Source of the DNA: a virus
IMG/VR virus record: IMGVR_UViG_3300028781_000010
Length of the DNA: 36,947 nucleotides
Direction: 5' to 3' (one strand)
The position numbers were made by a program, and so were the translations under genes. The notes beneath the pieces are model-generated. The model was given only the letters and a program-made list of their open reading frames with translations. It was not told the DNA's origin and did no database searches. The first letter of the stretch is position 1; each line of letters starts with the position of its first letter. Shown piece after piece: positions 7,167-13,809 of the stretch.

Positions 7167-9444
7167 GGAATAGCTCCGAGCGCTGGCCGAAGCCTTCACG
7201 GGTGAATTGGGTGGTAAAGGAGATGTTTGGCATAGCGCCGAGGTTTAGCGTGGCGTAGTCAACGGCAATTAGCCCAGCTGCATCAGCGGAGTGGCTTGAC
7301 CAATCATGGTGGGGACCTAAGCCGATATTGCGGTTCTCATCGCGCTTTTCGTGATACCAGCCCAGCGCTGATCGTCCTGCTTCGGTTTTCTTCTCATCGA
7401 ACCACATAGAAGGAAAAGCTCTACGCATAGCTTCGATGCGCCTGGAAGCGGCACCTGCACCCATATTGGGAATGACACGCACATCGAACTGAGCTTCCAT
7501 CAACGCACTTTGATAGCTCACCTGAAATACCTTGTCGTGCTGTGCTCCATCGTGAGGAAGAACAAGCTCAGCCTTACCGTAACCGTGATCGCGTAGCCAC
7601 TGGACATGCACGCTCAAAGGTTGACCAACAGTCTCATAGTGATCCAGCACGCGTATCTCTTTGCCAATGAACTGGACGATCCAGATAGCGCATGCGTCAG
7701 CTTTGGCACCCGTTCCACCAATGTCCCAATAGGCACGTAGTGTCATTAGAGGGTCGGCAGATAGATTGCCAATGCGGCCTTGTTCCTTGGCTTCGGCTAA
7801 GGCTTTGGCGTAATACGCACCCTCCACGGAGCGTTTATAGCCACCTTCCCATATGTGATCGTACTGATCTGGCCGCTCCTCAAGGTCGCGCAAGCGCTCA
7901 CGTTCCAGTTTTGCGGGGAACTTGGGGTTATCGCGCCAATTAAGCTCGACCATCCGCACGAGAGAGTCAGTCGATAGCCGAAATCGCTTCTCGACGGCGT
8001 CAACTTCACGCTCGGGGTTCCATGTCACCCAAAGCTCAGCGTTCCAGTCCGTTCCTTCCTCACGCAACGTTGGTATCAGCGTAGACCACGCATCGTTCGT
8101 GACCGGGCTTGCCTCATCGACCCAGCAAATCAGAATGCGACCCTTTGATTTGATGCTGGCGATGTTCCGATCTAGACCGGAGAATGCGAACGAGATGCGC
8201 CCATCCTTTGACTTGATGTACTTATCGCCTACATCGTAATAGTCAGCTAGCCATTGTTCGTCTTGAATCGCCCGCTTCACTTCCTCAAGGCTGGAATCCT
8301 CAAGGCTATTCATGAACAGGCGAGCGCAGACGATGATGCCGCTAACGCCAGACGATCCAAACATCATCCCGCGTACTGCTGCCATCTTGGCGAATGATCG
8401 TGTCTTGCCTGAGTTGTGGTTGACGATACCGTTTGACAGGTAGTTCTCAAGCACCGGCACATGTAAATCCCAATACACAAGGCGGTCGTGCTTGCAAATG
8501 CTTTGTATGCCAATCAAACTATGGCGGTCGTGAACACAACTGGGAGAAAACCATGAACTATCGTGAACGCCGAGCCGAGGCATGCCGGGAATTGTTCGCT
8601 TCTTTCCATCCTGACTTTTCAGGTTGTCGTGATAAAGACCGAGCGAATGAAATTCTTGAGATGGCTCGCGAAGGAATGTTTTCTGCTGATATAGCGCAAC
8701 GTCTCGGCATAACTCCAAAGGCTGTGCAGAAGCTTTACCGTCGCTATAACTTCCCTCAGCTACAGAACTTTTCGCCGCCGCTGCGAGAAGAACGCGTTGG
8801 CTGGACAGGTGGCGTGAAGGAAGTTCGCGGGTATCTGTATTCTCGTTCGCCAGGTCATCCGCGTGCGTCCAAGTATGGGAACTATGTTGCGGTTCACCGA
8901 CTTGTGATGGAGAAGAAACTAGGACGATATCTGAAAGGATCGGAGGTTGTTGATCATATCGACGGGAATACGAGAAATAACCACCCGGATAACCTTCGTG
9001 TTTTTCCGAATAATGCGGAGCATCTTCGCGTGACGCTGAAAGGCCGTGTTCCGAATTGGTCGCCGGAAGGCAAAGCTCGGATGGGGACGCCACGTAAACC
9101 GAATCAGCCATCGTCAAATCTTGAAGCTCAACCCAGCCTCGATTCGTCAGAAAGCGATGCTCGTCCGTTACAGACATTGACCGACCATCCAGAAGAGTCA
9201 CCAAGTAAAGCTGTTGCTCGTCATATGGAATGGATGGAGTAGCTGGAGCTATAACGACTCGACCATCCAGCACCGAGTAAACGCTGCCTCCTTTGAACTC
9301 GCTTATCTTCACTTGACCTGAAGGCGTGTCGATAAGCGTATCGGGGTGGCAGCAGCCGCGCCCACCAAAAGCCCCACGGACGTCTGCTGCTCCCAAAAAG
9401 ATAGGCCGTAGCTTTGGAGGAAGCTGGACAGTGACTTCGGTCAA
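7159..9444 (-). CDS. terL: Terminase large subunit, interrupted in frame by a 314-aa intein (mature TerL predicted at 447 aa)
   Basis: Walker A is split as GAFGGRG|...|SGKTRS. Walker B is ILICWVDEA. The downstream nuclease-domain region is Asp-rich. TTG start at 9444 overlaps the terS stop (TTGA). Confidence 0.85.
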   Translation of the reverse strand: MTEVTVQLPPKLRPIFLGAADVRGAFGGRGCCHPDTLIDTPSGQVKISEFKGGSVYSVLDGRVVIAPATPSIPYDEQQLYLVTLLDGRSMSVTDEHRFLTNRGWVELQDLTMADSVYVASPSELCLPATNSEHGLSASREDAPHYSEKHEGYPGGYFSYSRRYDQQPPILSDIVLVSSPSQVGEPQHSSHTWTHADDLANENTDTRELPSRHLSSQRVLLAAAAKSSVAEGSYSDGKASAQPLELCRDVALYQQKTFLREPSQEFHSLGLYHDNLKSQDGKKRTIPGMPRLGVHDSSWFSPSCVHDRHSLIGIQSICKHDRLVYWDLHVPVLENYLSNGIVNHNSGKTRSFAKMAAVRGMMFGSSGVSGIIVCARLFMNSLEDSSLEEVKRAIQDEQWLADYYDVGDKYIKSKDGRISFAFSGLDRNIASIKSKGRILICWVDEASPVTNDAWSTLIPTLREEGTDWNAELWVTWNPEREVDAVEKRFRLSTDSLVRMVELNWRDNPKFPAKLERERLRDLEERPDQYDHIWEGGYKRSVEGAYYAKALAEAKEQGRIGNLSADPLMTLRAYWDIGGTGAKADACAIWIVQFIGKEIRVLDHYETVGQPLSVHVQWLRDHGYGKAELVLPHDGAQHDKVFQVSYQSALMEAQFDVRVIPNMGAGAASRRIEAMRRAFPSMWFDEKKTEAGRSALGWYHEKRDENRNIGLGPHHDWSSHSADAAGLIAVDYATLNLGAMPNISFTTQFTREGFGQRSELFHG
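8413..9354 (-). mobile_element. Hint-domain intein inserted in the TerL P-loop (residues C31-N344)
   Basis: Block A CCHPDTLIDT (Cys1 codon TGC at 9354-9352). Block B SVTDEHRF (TxxH). Blocks F/G VYWDLHVPVLENYLSNGIVNHN followed by Ser+1 (8412-8410). The central part, about residues 121-319, is Ser/Pro/His-rich with no LAGLIDADG or HNH motif in this frame. Confidence 0.8.
8553..9242 (+). CDS. HNH (HNH_3-type) homing endonuclease with an N-terminal HTH, encoded antisense inside the TerL intein
   Basis: Motif HRLVMEKKLGRYLKGSEVVDHIDGNTRNNHPDNLRVFPNNAEHL. HTH-like segment FSADIAQRLGITPKAVQKLYRRY. GGGAG lies 6 nt before ATG 8553. The open frame spans 8433-9242. It is the only plus-strand gene in the late region. 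Confidence 0.75.
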   Translation: MNYRERRAEACRELFASFHPDFSGCRDKDRANEILEMAREGMFSADIAQRLGITPKAVQKLYRRYNFPQLQNFSPPLREERVGWTGGVKEVRGYLYSRSPGHPRASKYGNYVAVHRLVMEKKLGRYLKGSEVVDHIDGNTRNNHPDNLRVFPNNAEHLRVTLKGRVPNWSPEGKARMGTPRKPNQPSSNLEAQPSLDSSESDARPLQTLTDHPEESPSKAVARHMEWME

Positions 9445-9692
9445 GGCTTGTCCATGTCAACGAGCTTGATGGAGTGAACTATCTGGAAGGGATTATCTGG
9501 GTCTGTAGACATTTCAACGCTCGATAGGTCGGGAACTGATTTCCTTAACAAAATTTCAGCTGACTTAAGCTGTGTTGCGGTAAGATCACGCTTACCCTCG
9601 AAATGGTCATGCAGCCCACGGATTAACATACTCGCCTGTATCTTGGCGCGTATCTCATCACTGTGTTTTGGGCGTAGTGTCCGTGCAGCCAT
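9441..9692 (-). CDS. terS: Probable terminase small subunit
   Basis: 83 aa, immediately upstream of and overlapping terL. The segment QLKSAEILLRKSVPDLSSVE resembles the C-terminal motif of small terminases. The call is positional plus a weak motif. Confidence 0.5.
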   Translation of the reverse strand: MAARTLRPKHSDEIRAKIQASMLIRGLHDHFEGKRDLTATQLKSAEILLRKSVPDLSSVEMSTDPDNPFQIVHSIKLVDMDKP

Positions 9693-9766
9693 TCGTATAA
9701 GTCTCGCGTCTCTTAGTCGTTAATATAGTTGCTAACCAGTTCATTAATTAGGCAAATAAAAAGGTC

Positions 9767-9931
9767 TTACAAGCCCTTGGTATCGATGTCGATTGGTTCA
9801 ATATCAGGTTTTACATCTTCCATTTCCATGAGGATTTTCAATACATCGTTGTCAATGATTTCCGCCAGTGAATTCACTACCTTATCCAGGGCTTTGGTTA
9901 ATTCGATTTCGTATTCTTCCAAAATTTTCAT
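9767..9931 (-). CDS. Small acidic hypothetical protein (54 aa)
   Basis: Manual ORF below the track size cut-off: MKILEEYEIELTKALDKV...DIDTKGL. AAGGTGAG lies 9 nt upstream of ATG 9931. Confidence 0.5.
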   Translation of the reverse strand: MKILEEYEIELTKALDKVVNSLAEIIDNDVLKILMEMEDVKPDIEPIDIDTKGL

Positions 9932-9939
9932 ATCAGCAC

Positions 9940-10140
9940 TCACCTTACTCCCGCATAGTACATCGCCCGGCCCATAACGACAGAATGACGCCGTAGCGCC
10001 ATGGTAATGCAGTAGGTGAGGTAGGTTTGGCTGGAAACGGTGCTTTTCTTCGATGGCCTACGAACTAGCTTGCCATCAACAATGTCCATGTCTTCGTATC
10101 CCGTGAGGTAGCCAATTTTCTTGGTCGTCATGTCAGTCAT
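9940..10140 (-). CDS. Hypothetical protein
   Basis: ATG 10140 overlaps the upstream stop (ATGA). The track ORF extends to 10167. Confidence 0.5.
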   Translation of the reverse strand: MTDMTTKKIGYLTGYEDMDIVDGKLVRRPSKKSTVSSQTYLTYCITMALRRHSVVMGRAMYYAGVR

Positions 10141-10352
10141 CGACCACCGTATGGTGTGATCCAGCATGCAAGCGAATGACGCCAGTTGTCTATGCGTGAA
10201 TTGATTCGATCCTTGGCTTTCTTCCAGCGTGAGCGCGTGTCCGGCTTAGGCTGCGCCCACAATGGCCGTGGTATTCCTTTGAGGAAATCCATTTCTACCT
10301 TCAAGTACGCGGTAGCACGTTCTGCAATCATCTGTGGCGTCAGAATTTCCAT
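10137..10352 (-). CDS. Hypothetical protein
   Basis: 71-aa ORF with a consensus SD (AAGGGAGG) upstream of ATG 10352. Confidence 0.6.
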   Translation of the reverse strand: MEILTPQMIAERATAYLKVEMDFLKGIPRPLWAQPKPDTRSRWKKAKDRINSRIDNWRHSLACWITPYGGR

Positions 10353-10353
10353 A

Positions 10354-10482
10354 TTAGCCTCCCTTGAACCACTTCATCGGCTTATCGGCAACCTTGCTGG
10401 TCGTTTTGGGGCTATTGGACTTCGCGGCGGCTTTCTTAGTCGCTACCGTCTTGGGCAACGTCGATTTGCTTTTCATCTTCAT
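10354..10482 (-). CDS. Small basic Lys/Ala/Thr-rich protein (42 aa)
   Basis: Manual ORF MKMKSKSTLPKTVATKKAAAK... GAGGA lies 6 nt upstream of ATG 10482. Its stop is 1 nt before the next start. Confidence 0.45.
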   Translation of the reverse strand: MKMKSKSTLPKTVATKKAAAKSNSPKTTSKVADKPMKWFKGG

Positions 10483-10646
10483 GCGCATTCCTCTAGGAAA
10501 TTCATGGCTTGTTCGTGCTGACGGTGCTTTACATCCATTGTCATGTAGGTCGTGACCAATGCGTTGATCAATTCCCTCTTGGATAGCGAACGCAAATCAC
10601 GCGATCCCCACATACCCATAAACGGCAACTCTTCTTCGTCGTTCAC
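10479..10646 (-). CDS. Small hypothetical protein (55 aa; GTG start, or 46 aa from the internal ATG)
   Basis: Manual ORF with a GTGA overlap to the upstream stop and an ATGA overlap to the downstream start. Confidence 0.4.
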   Translation of the reverse strand: MNDEEELPFMGMWGSRDLRSLSKRELINALVTTYMTMDVKHRQHEQAMNFLEECA

Positions 10647-10867
10647 TTGAACCCTCGTGAGCTACGGTGACTATCGAGCTTGGCGCGTGCCTTGGCTTGG
10701 ATCGTATCGGCTGTCTTGGCGGATATATTACCTGCATTCTTGGCACGTGTTGCGCCTGAGATAGCGGCACGGGCGTGGTTCGCGTCATTGATTGGGAATG
10801 ATCGTCCCTTACCTGCGAAATCCGATTTGGGCAACGCTTTACGGGCTTTGGTAGTGAGCTTAGCCAT
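10643..10867 (-). CDS. Conserved small basic phage protein (KSDFA...FPI..ANHARAA motif)
   Basis: 74-aa ORF. The motif is common in small proteins near phage head genes. Function unknown. Confidence 0.55.
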   Translation of the reverse strand: MAKLTTKARKALPKSDFAGKGRSFPINDANHARAAISGATRAKNAGNISAKTADTIQAKARAKLDSHRSSRGFK

Positions 10868-10875
10868 ATCAACCT

Positions 10876-11661
10876 CTAGGGATATTGGATAGTGTAAGGC
10901 CCATTGCTTGAGCCGTAGATAGCATTTGGAAAGATCGGTCTGTCTAATACCTCAAACTGGAACTGTTGGCTAGTGATTTCGCCATTGCTCCATGTAGCCG
11001 TCGCTTGCAATGCTCCCCATCCCGCATAATTGAACGCAGCATCACACGCTACTGTGCGGTTTGTGGACTCTATACGGGCATTCGATATATTGATCGACCA
11101 CGGGCTTGTGCAGTCCCACCGGACAGCCACAATTGTTACACCTAAAGGCATAGCCCCATTGAAGTCTGCCACGCAACAGCGCTTGGAAAACCTACGGATA
11201 CGCCTAGACTCATTCCGTGCCGCTGTATAGCCACTCACGAACGACCGCGTAACACGGCCTAGCTCGCCACAATCGGGCGTTGATGGCGCAGGTGGCGCAG
11301 GCGGATTAGCCGTAGGCGTCAGCGTAGCCGTATCGGAAGCACAGCCCGAACCGGGGTTGACCGTGACTTCATAGCTGGAACCGCCTGTGGGCAAAGTGGC
11401 GCTGTACGCTGTAGGCGTTTCGCTCAGGGTGACATTCAGCAGGCTAACCGTGGTCGAACCGTTGAAATAACTGACGTTGGCTGTCGTGATCCCTGCCACG
11501 CTAGAACCCGTAAAGGCGATGGTGTCACCGGTTGCCACGCTCCCCGTGTAAGCCAGTGTCGTCTCGTCGTTCACGACCACGTAACTTGTGCCATCCCAGC
11601 AGGCGGGTGGCGTATTCGTGCCATCCGTGAAGTTGGCGGCTGTGGTGAAAAGGTTAGCCAT
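10876..11661 (-). CDS. Hypothetical Thr/Ser-rich, Cys-containing protein with a PPAPPAPS linker (possible virion or surface protein)
   Basis: 261-aa ORF. A beta-rich N-terminal half and a Cys-containing C-terminal half are separated by a Pro-rich linker. Confidence 0.55.
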   Translation of the reverse strand: MANLFTTAANFTDGTNTPPACWDGTSYVVVNDETTLAYTGSVATGDTIAFTGSSVAGITTANVSYFNGSTTVSLLNVTLSETPTAYSATLPTGGSSYEVTVNPGSGCASDTATLTPTANPPAPPAPSTPDCGELGRVTRSFVSGYTAARNESRRIRRFSKRCCVADFNGAMPLGVTIVAVRWDCTSPWSINISNARIESTNRTVACDAAFNYAGWGALQATATWSNGEITSQQFQFEVLDRPIFPNAIYGSSNGPYTIQYP

Positions 11662-12193
11662 GCAGTTTTCTCACCAAGTCCGCGTGCTGTGGGTACAGTT
11701 TACGCGATCCTGACGGATTTATGCGGTAGTTGTAAACCCTGTCGGGCAAGTCAATGCCTGGGCCGAAGCCATCTGCATGACGGCTCAAGGCTTCATCGCT
11801 CAATATCGGCCATGCTCCAAAGTCAAAGCCATTCAGCACATCGCGGCGGTAGATTCGCAAGTTCTGCCGATTGTCAAAGAGGCGTGGCTTGCCGTTCTGC
11901 CAGACCGTCTCCCGCGTGTAAACAGCAGGAGCGCCGGATTGCAAGCTATCCCTCAACACAGAAAACGCATTTGGCTCTAGCCAGTCATCGTCGTCTACCG
12001 TGGTTACGTAGGGGTGCGAACCCATCGCGTAGCCATGCTGGCGGGCGTGACCAATATGACCATCTATGTAGGGAGCCAGATGGACTTCGACCGCGTAGGG
12101 AAGCGATACACAGGCGTCAATGAGGCTATACAAGCACCGATCCACCCACGTCACGGGCGTTTTCGGGCTGATAATGACATGCACGTCAAGCAT
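11654..12193 (-). CDS. Glycosyltransferase family 2-like protein
   Basis: Rossmann-like N-terminus (VHVIISPKT) and a DxD-type motif (TTVDDDDW). ATG 12193 lies 2 nt downstream of the tRNA-Gln 3' end. The track ORF start (12238) runs into the tRNA. Confidence 0.55.
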   Translation of the reverse strand: MLDVHVIISPKTPVTWVDRCLYSLIDACVSLPYAVEVHLAPYIDGHIGHARQHGYAMGSHPYVTTVDDDDWLEPNAFSVLRDSLQSGAPAVYTRETVWQNGKPRLFDNRQNLRIYRRDVLNGFDFGAWPILSDEALSRHADGFGPGIDLPDRVYNYRINPSGSRKLYPQHADLVRKLHG

Positions 12194-12195
12194 AA

Positions 12196-12272
12196 TGGCA
12201 GCGCGGGCAGGATTTGAACCTGCAATACTCGACTTCAAAGGACGATGCCTTACCTGATTTGGCTACCGCGCT
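12196..12272 (-). tRNA. tRNA-Gln: tRNA-Gln (anticodon UUG)
   Basis: Hand-folded cloverleaf. Acceptor AGCGCGG/CCGCGCT, discriminator G, encoded CCA. Anticodon loop CUUUGAA. T-arm GCAGG-TTCAAAT-CCTGC. Confidence 0.85.
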
Positions 12273-12354
12273 GTAGGTAACCTGAAACATCTCACGACGT
12301 GACAGGCTCAGTGCAGGGCGTCTAGGGGGATAGACAGAAATCCCTACAGAATTT

Positions 12355-12442
12355 TGGCGGAAATGGAAGGATTCGAACCTTCGCGCCCTTTCGAACGTAC
12401 CGGTTAGCAACCGATTGCCTTCATCCACTCGGCCACACTTCC
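12355..12442 (-). tRNA. tRNA-Ser: tRNA-Ser (anticodon GCU), type II with a long variable arm
   Basis: Acceptor GGAAGTG/CATTTCC. D-arm GCCGAGTGG. Anticodon stem ATCGG/CCGGT with loop TTGCTAA. T-arm GAAGG-TTCGAAT-CCTTC. Encoded CCA. Confidence 0.85.
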
Positions 12443-12448
12443 TAAAAA

Positions 12449-12535
12449 TGGCGGAAGGTTGAGGAGTCGAACCCCTACCGTTTCCAGTCCCTCCGGGTTC
12501 AAACCGGATTGCCAGCCAACCTAGCGGAACCTTCC
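12449..12535 (-). tRNA. tRNA-Ser: tRNA-Ser (anticodon UGA), type II
   Basis: Acceptor GGAAGGT/ACCTTCC. Anticodon stem TCCGG/CCGGA with loop TTTGAAC. Long variable arm, T-loop TTCGACT, encoded CCA. The D and T stems are imperfect. Confidence 0.7.
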
Positions 12536-12544
12536 TTAATAACA

Positions 12545-12733
12545 TCAAGCGATATGTCTGACGCTGATCGAATCATTGCGCAAGTGCTTGGTCTGTGCAA
12601 GTGCATCTTGAGCATTCAGATGCATCAAATACTTTGTGCGCTCTTCCATCGCAAACCGAGCTATAGCCTTGTCCGCTTCGCTCAATACGAATTCGAAGTC
12701 CATCGTTTTCTCGTTATCGCTGATCTTGATCAT
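12545..12733 (-). CDS. Hypothetical protein (AT-rich island)
   Basis: ATG 12733 is preceded by AAGGAA. The track ORF extension to 12919 overlaps the upstream gene. Confidence 0.5.
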   Translation of the reverse strand: MIKISDNEKTMDFEFVLSEADKAIARFAMEERTKYLMHLNAQDALAQTKHLRNDSISVRHIA

Positions 12734-12743
12734 GATATTTTCC

Positions 12744-12959
12744 TTAGCCTGCATTGAACGATGCAAGAATGATGCCAGATTCTCCGTCATAGACATCCCA
12801 AAGAAGCTTAGCTCTGACATTCTCAGATTTACTTGACCAAGAATCATAGAAATCTGGATGAAACTCTTTGGCTGATTTTTCGTCAATTGCCGCAACAACA
12901 CATCCATCAAATGTGTCATAGCCTTCGTTTTCTTCTTGTGTAAGTAACCAAAGTTTCAC
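12744..12959 (-). CDS. Hypothetical protein
   Basis: 71-aa ORF. Start overlaps the upstream stop. Confidence 0.55.
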   Translation of the reverse strand: MKLWLLTQEENEGYDTFDGCVVAAIDEKSAKEFHPDFYDSWSSKSENVRAKLLWDVYDGESGIILASFNAG

Positions 12960-13198
12960 TTTCTACCCTCCGACCTGTGCATATCTTCGCGCAAATCCTG
13001 CACCCTTAGCTCGTTGCACCGCTGGTCGCTATGCTCGATTTCAGTTCGAAGTGTATCGATTAGCGACGACTTGTCCGATTCTTGGTTATGCACGATCACC
13101 GGTCCTCCGATGCCCATCGCCGCCATCAGGGCGTAGACCATCCACTGCGGGACTGGCTTCGGACTGTTTAGGCGATGCGTTGGTAATTCGTCGGTCAT
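12956..13198 (-). CDS. Small membrane protein (one TM segment: WMVYALMAAMGIGGPVIV)
   Basis: ATG 13198 (a GTG lies at 13201), with AGGA upstream. Confidence 0.5.
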   Translation of the reverse strand: MTDELPTHRLNSPKPVPQWMVYALMAAMGIGGPVIVHNQESDKSSLIDTLRTEIEHSDQRCNELRVQDLREDMHRSEGRK

Positions 13199-13421
13199 CA
13201 CCTGATCCTGTGAGCTTCTTGGCTTCCATCTTACGGCGCTTTATTTCCTTGCGATAGTAGTCTGCATTGCTCTGCATTTTCTTTGCCGTATCCCGCGTGG
13301 ATTTTTCCAAAGCGACAAGTTGGGTCAAGTCAAAAAATTCAACTGGGTAGCCAAGCAATTGTGATTGTTCAGATTTACGGTTTATCCGGTCTGAGATGGC
13401 TTTGGATTCGCGGACTGTCAT
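13086..13421 (-). CDS. Hypothetical basic protein; the last ~38 codons overlap the next gene out of frame
   Basis: 111-aa ORF coupled by ATGA to the upstream gene. The C-terminal 113-nt overlap with 12956..13198 is unusual. Confidence 0.45.
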   Translation of the reverse strand: MTVRESKAISDRINRKSEQSQLLGYPVEFFDLTQLVALEKSTRDTAKKMQSNADYYRKEIKRRKMEAKKLTGSGDDRRITNASPKQSEASPAVDGLRPDGGDGHRRTGDRA

Positions 13422-13591
13422 GGATTGCCTGCCCTGCTTTTCGCTAAGTTGGATTTCTTCACTTCCTGAGAAAGAATCACGCGTTCTTTAGGTGTCATGG
13501 AGGCAATAGCGAAATCGGCGTCTTTGTATGTGATGCCATGTTTTTTCGCGAGATGATTCGTTAGGCGACGTTTAGCTGCTGAATGGGTCAT
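13418..13591 (-). CDS. Small hypothetical protein (57 aa)
   Basis: Manual ORF MTHSAAKRRLTNHLAKKHGITYKDADFAIASM..., with ATGA overlaps at both ends. Confidence 0.5.
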   Translation of the reverse strand: MTHSAAKRRLTNHLAKKHGITYKDADFAIASMTPKERVILSQEVKKSNLAKSRAGNP

Positions 13592-13809
13592 CAGAAAAGG
13601 CCTTCAATAGCGCGGTCAAACTCATCAATGTTTTGATCGATCAGCTCACGCAAACCGGGATATTCTGGCTGTTCCTTTGACTGCTGCCAGCCGATGTAAC
13701 CAAACGAAACCTCTTTCGGTTCAGTGTGTCCATCGCCATAGTTGCGCATCTGAGATTCCAGCCAGTCCAATCGTTCGCGGTCGGTATGTTCCATCTCAAA
13801 ACGCCTCAA
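13591..13809 (-). CDS. Hypothetical acidic protein
   Basis: 72-aa ORF. Confidence 0.55.
   Translation of the reverse strand: MRRFEMEHTDRERLDWLESQMRNYGDGHTEPKEVSFGYIGWQQSKEQPEYPGLRELIDQNIDEFDRAIEGLF

Noticed and set aside
7692-8239. Plus- and minus-strand ORFs inside the terL C-terminal half
   Set aside because: They overlap well-supported TerL coding sequence, with no motifs and no SD. The 8553..9242 HNH ORF differs because it has clear domain motifs.
8433-8552. N-terminal 40-codon extension of the HNH ORF (track start 8433)
   Set aside because: There is no SD at 8433, and the extension is antisense to the intein C-terminal splicing blocks. ATG 8553 has GGGAG at the proper spacing.
9729-10555. 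Plus-strand ORFs 9729..9977, 10186..10521 and 10364..10555
   Set aside because: They are antisense to a chain of coupled minus-strand small genes that have SD sequences. Their composition is low-complexity Ser/Ile/Leu.
12273-12354. A possible fourth tRNA or tRNA-like element in the Gln-Ser spacer
   Set aside because: It has a flanking 7-bp inverted repeat but no T-loop (GTTCRANYC), no D-loop signature and no anticodon arm that I could fold.
12196-12535. A suppressor tRNA or alternative genetic code as the explanation for the in-frame stops at 36002-36004 and 26044-26061
   Set aside because: The anticodons are UUG, GCU and UGA, and none pairs with a stop codon. All other genes terminate normally with TAA, TAG or TGA.
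12186-12548. 120-aa ORF on the minus strand
   Set aside because: It overlaps all three tRNA genes. Its translation is an artefact of the tRNA sequence.
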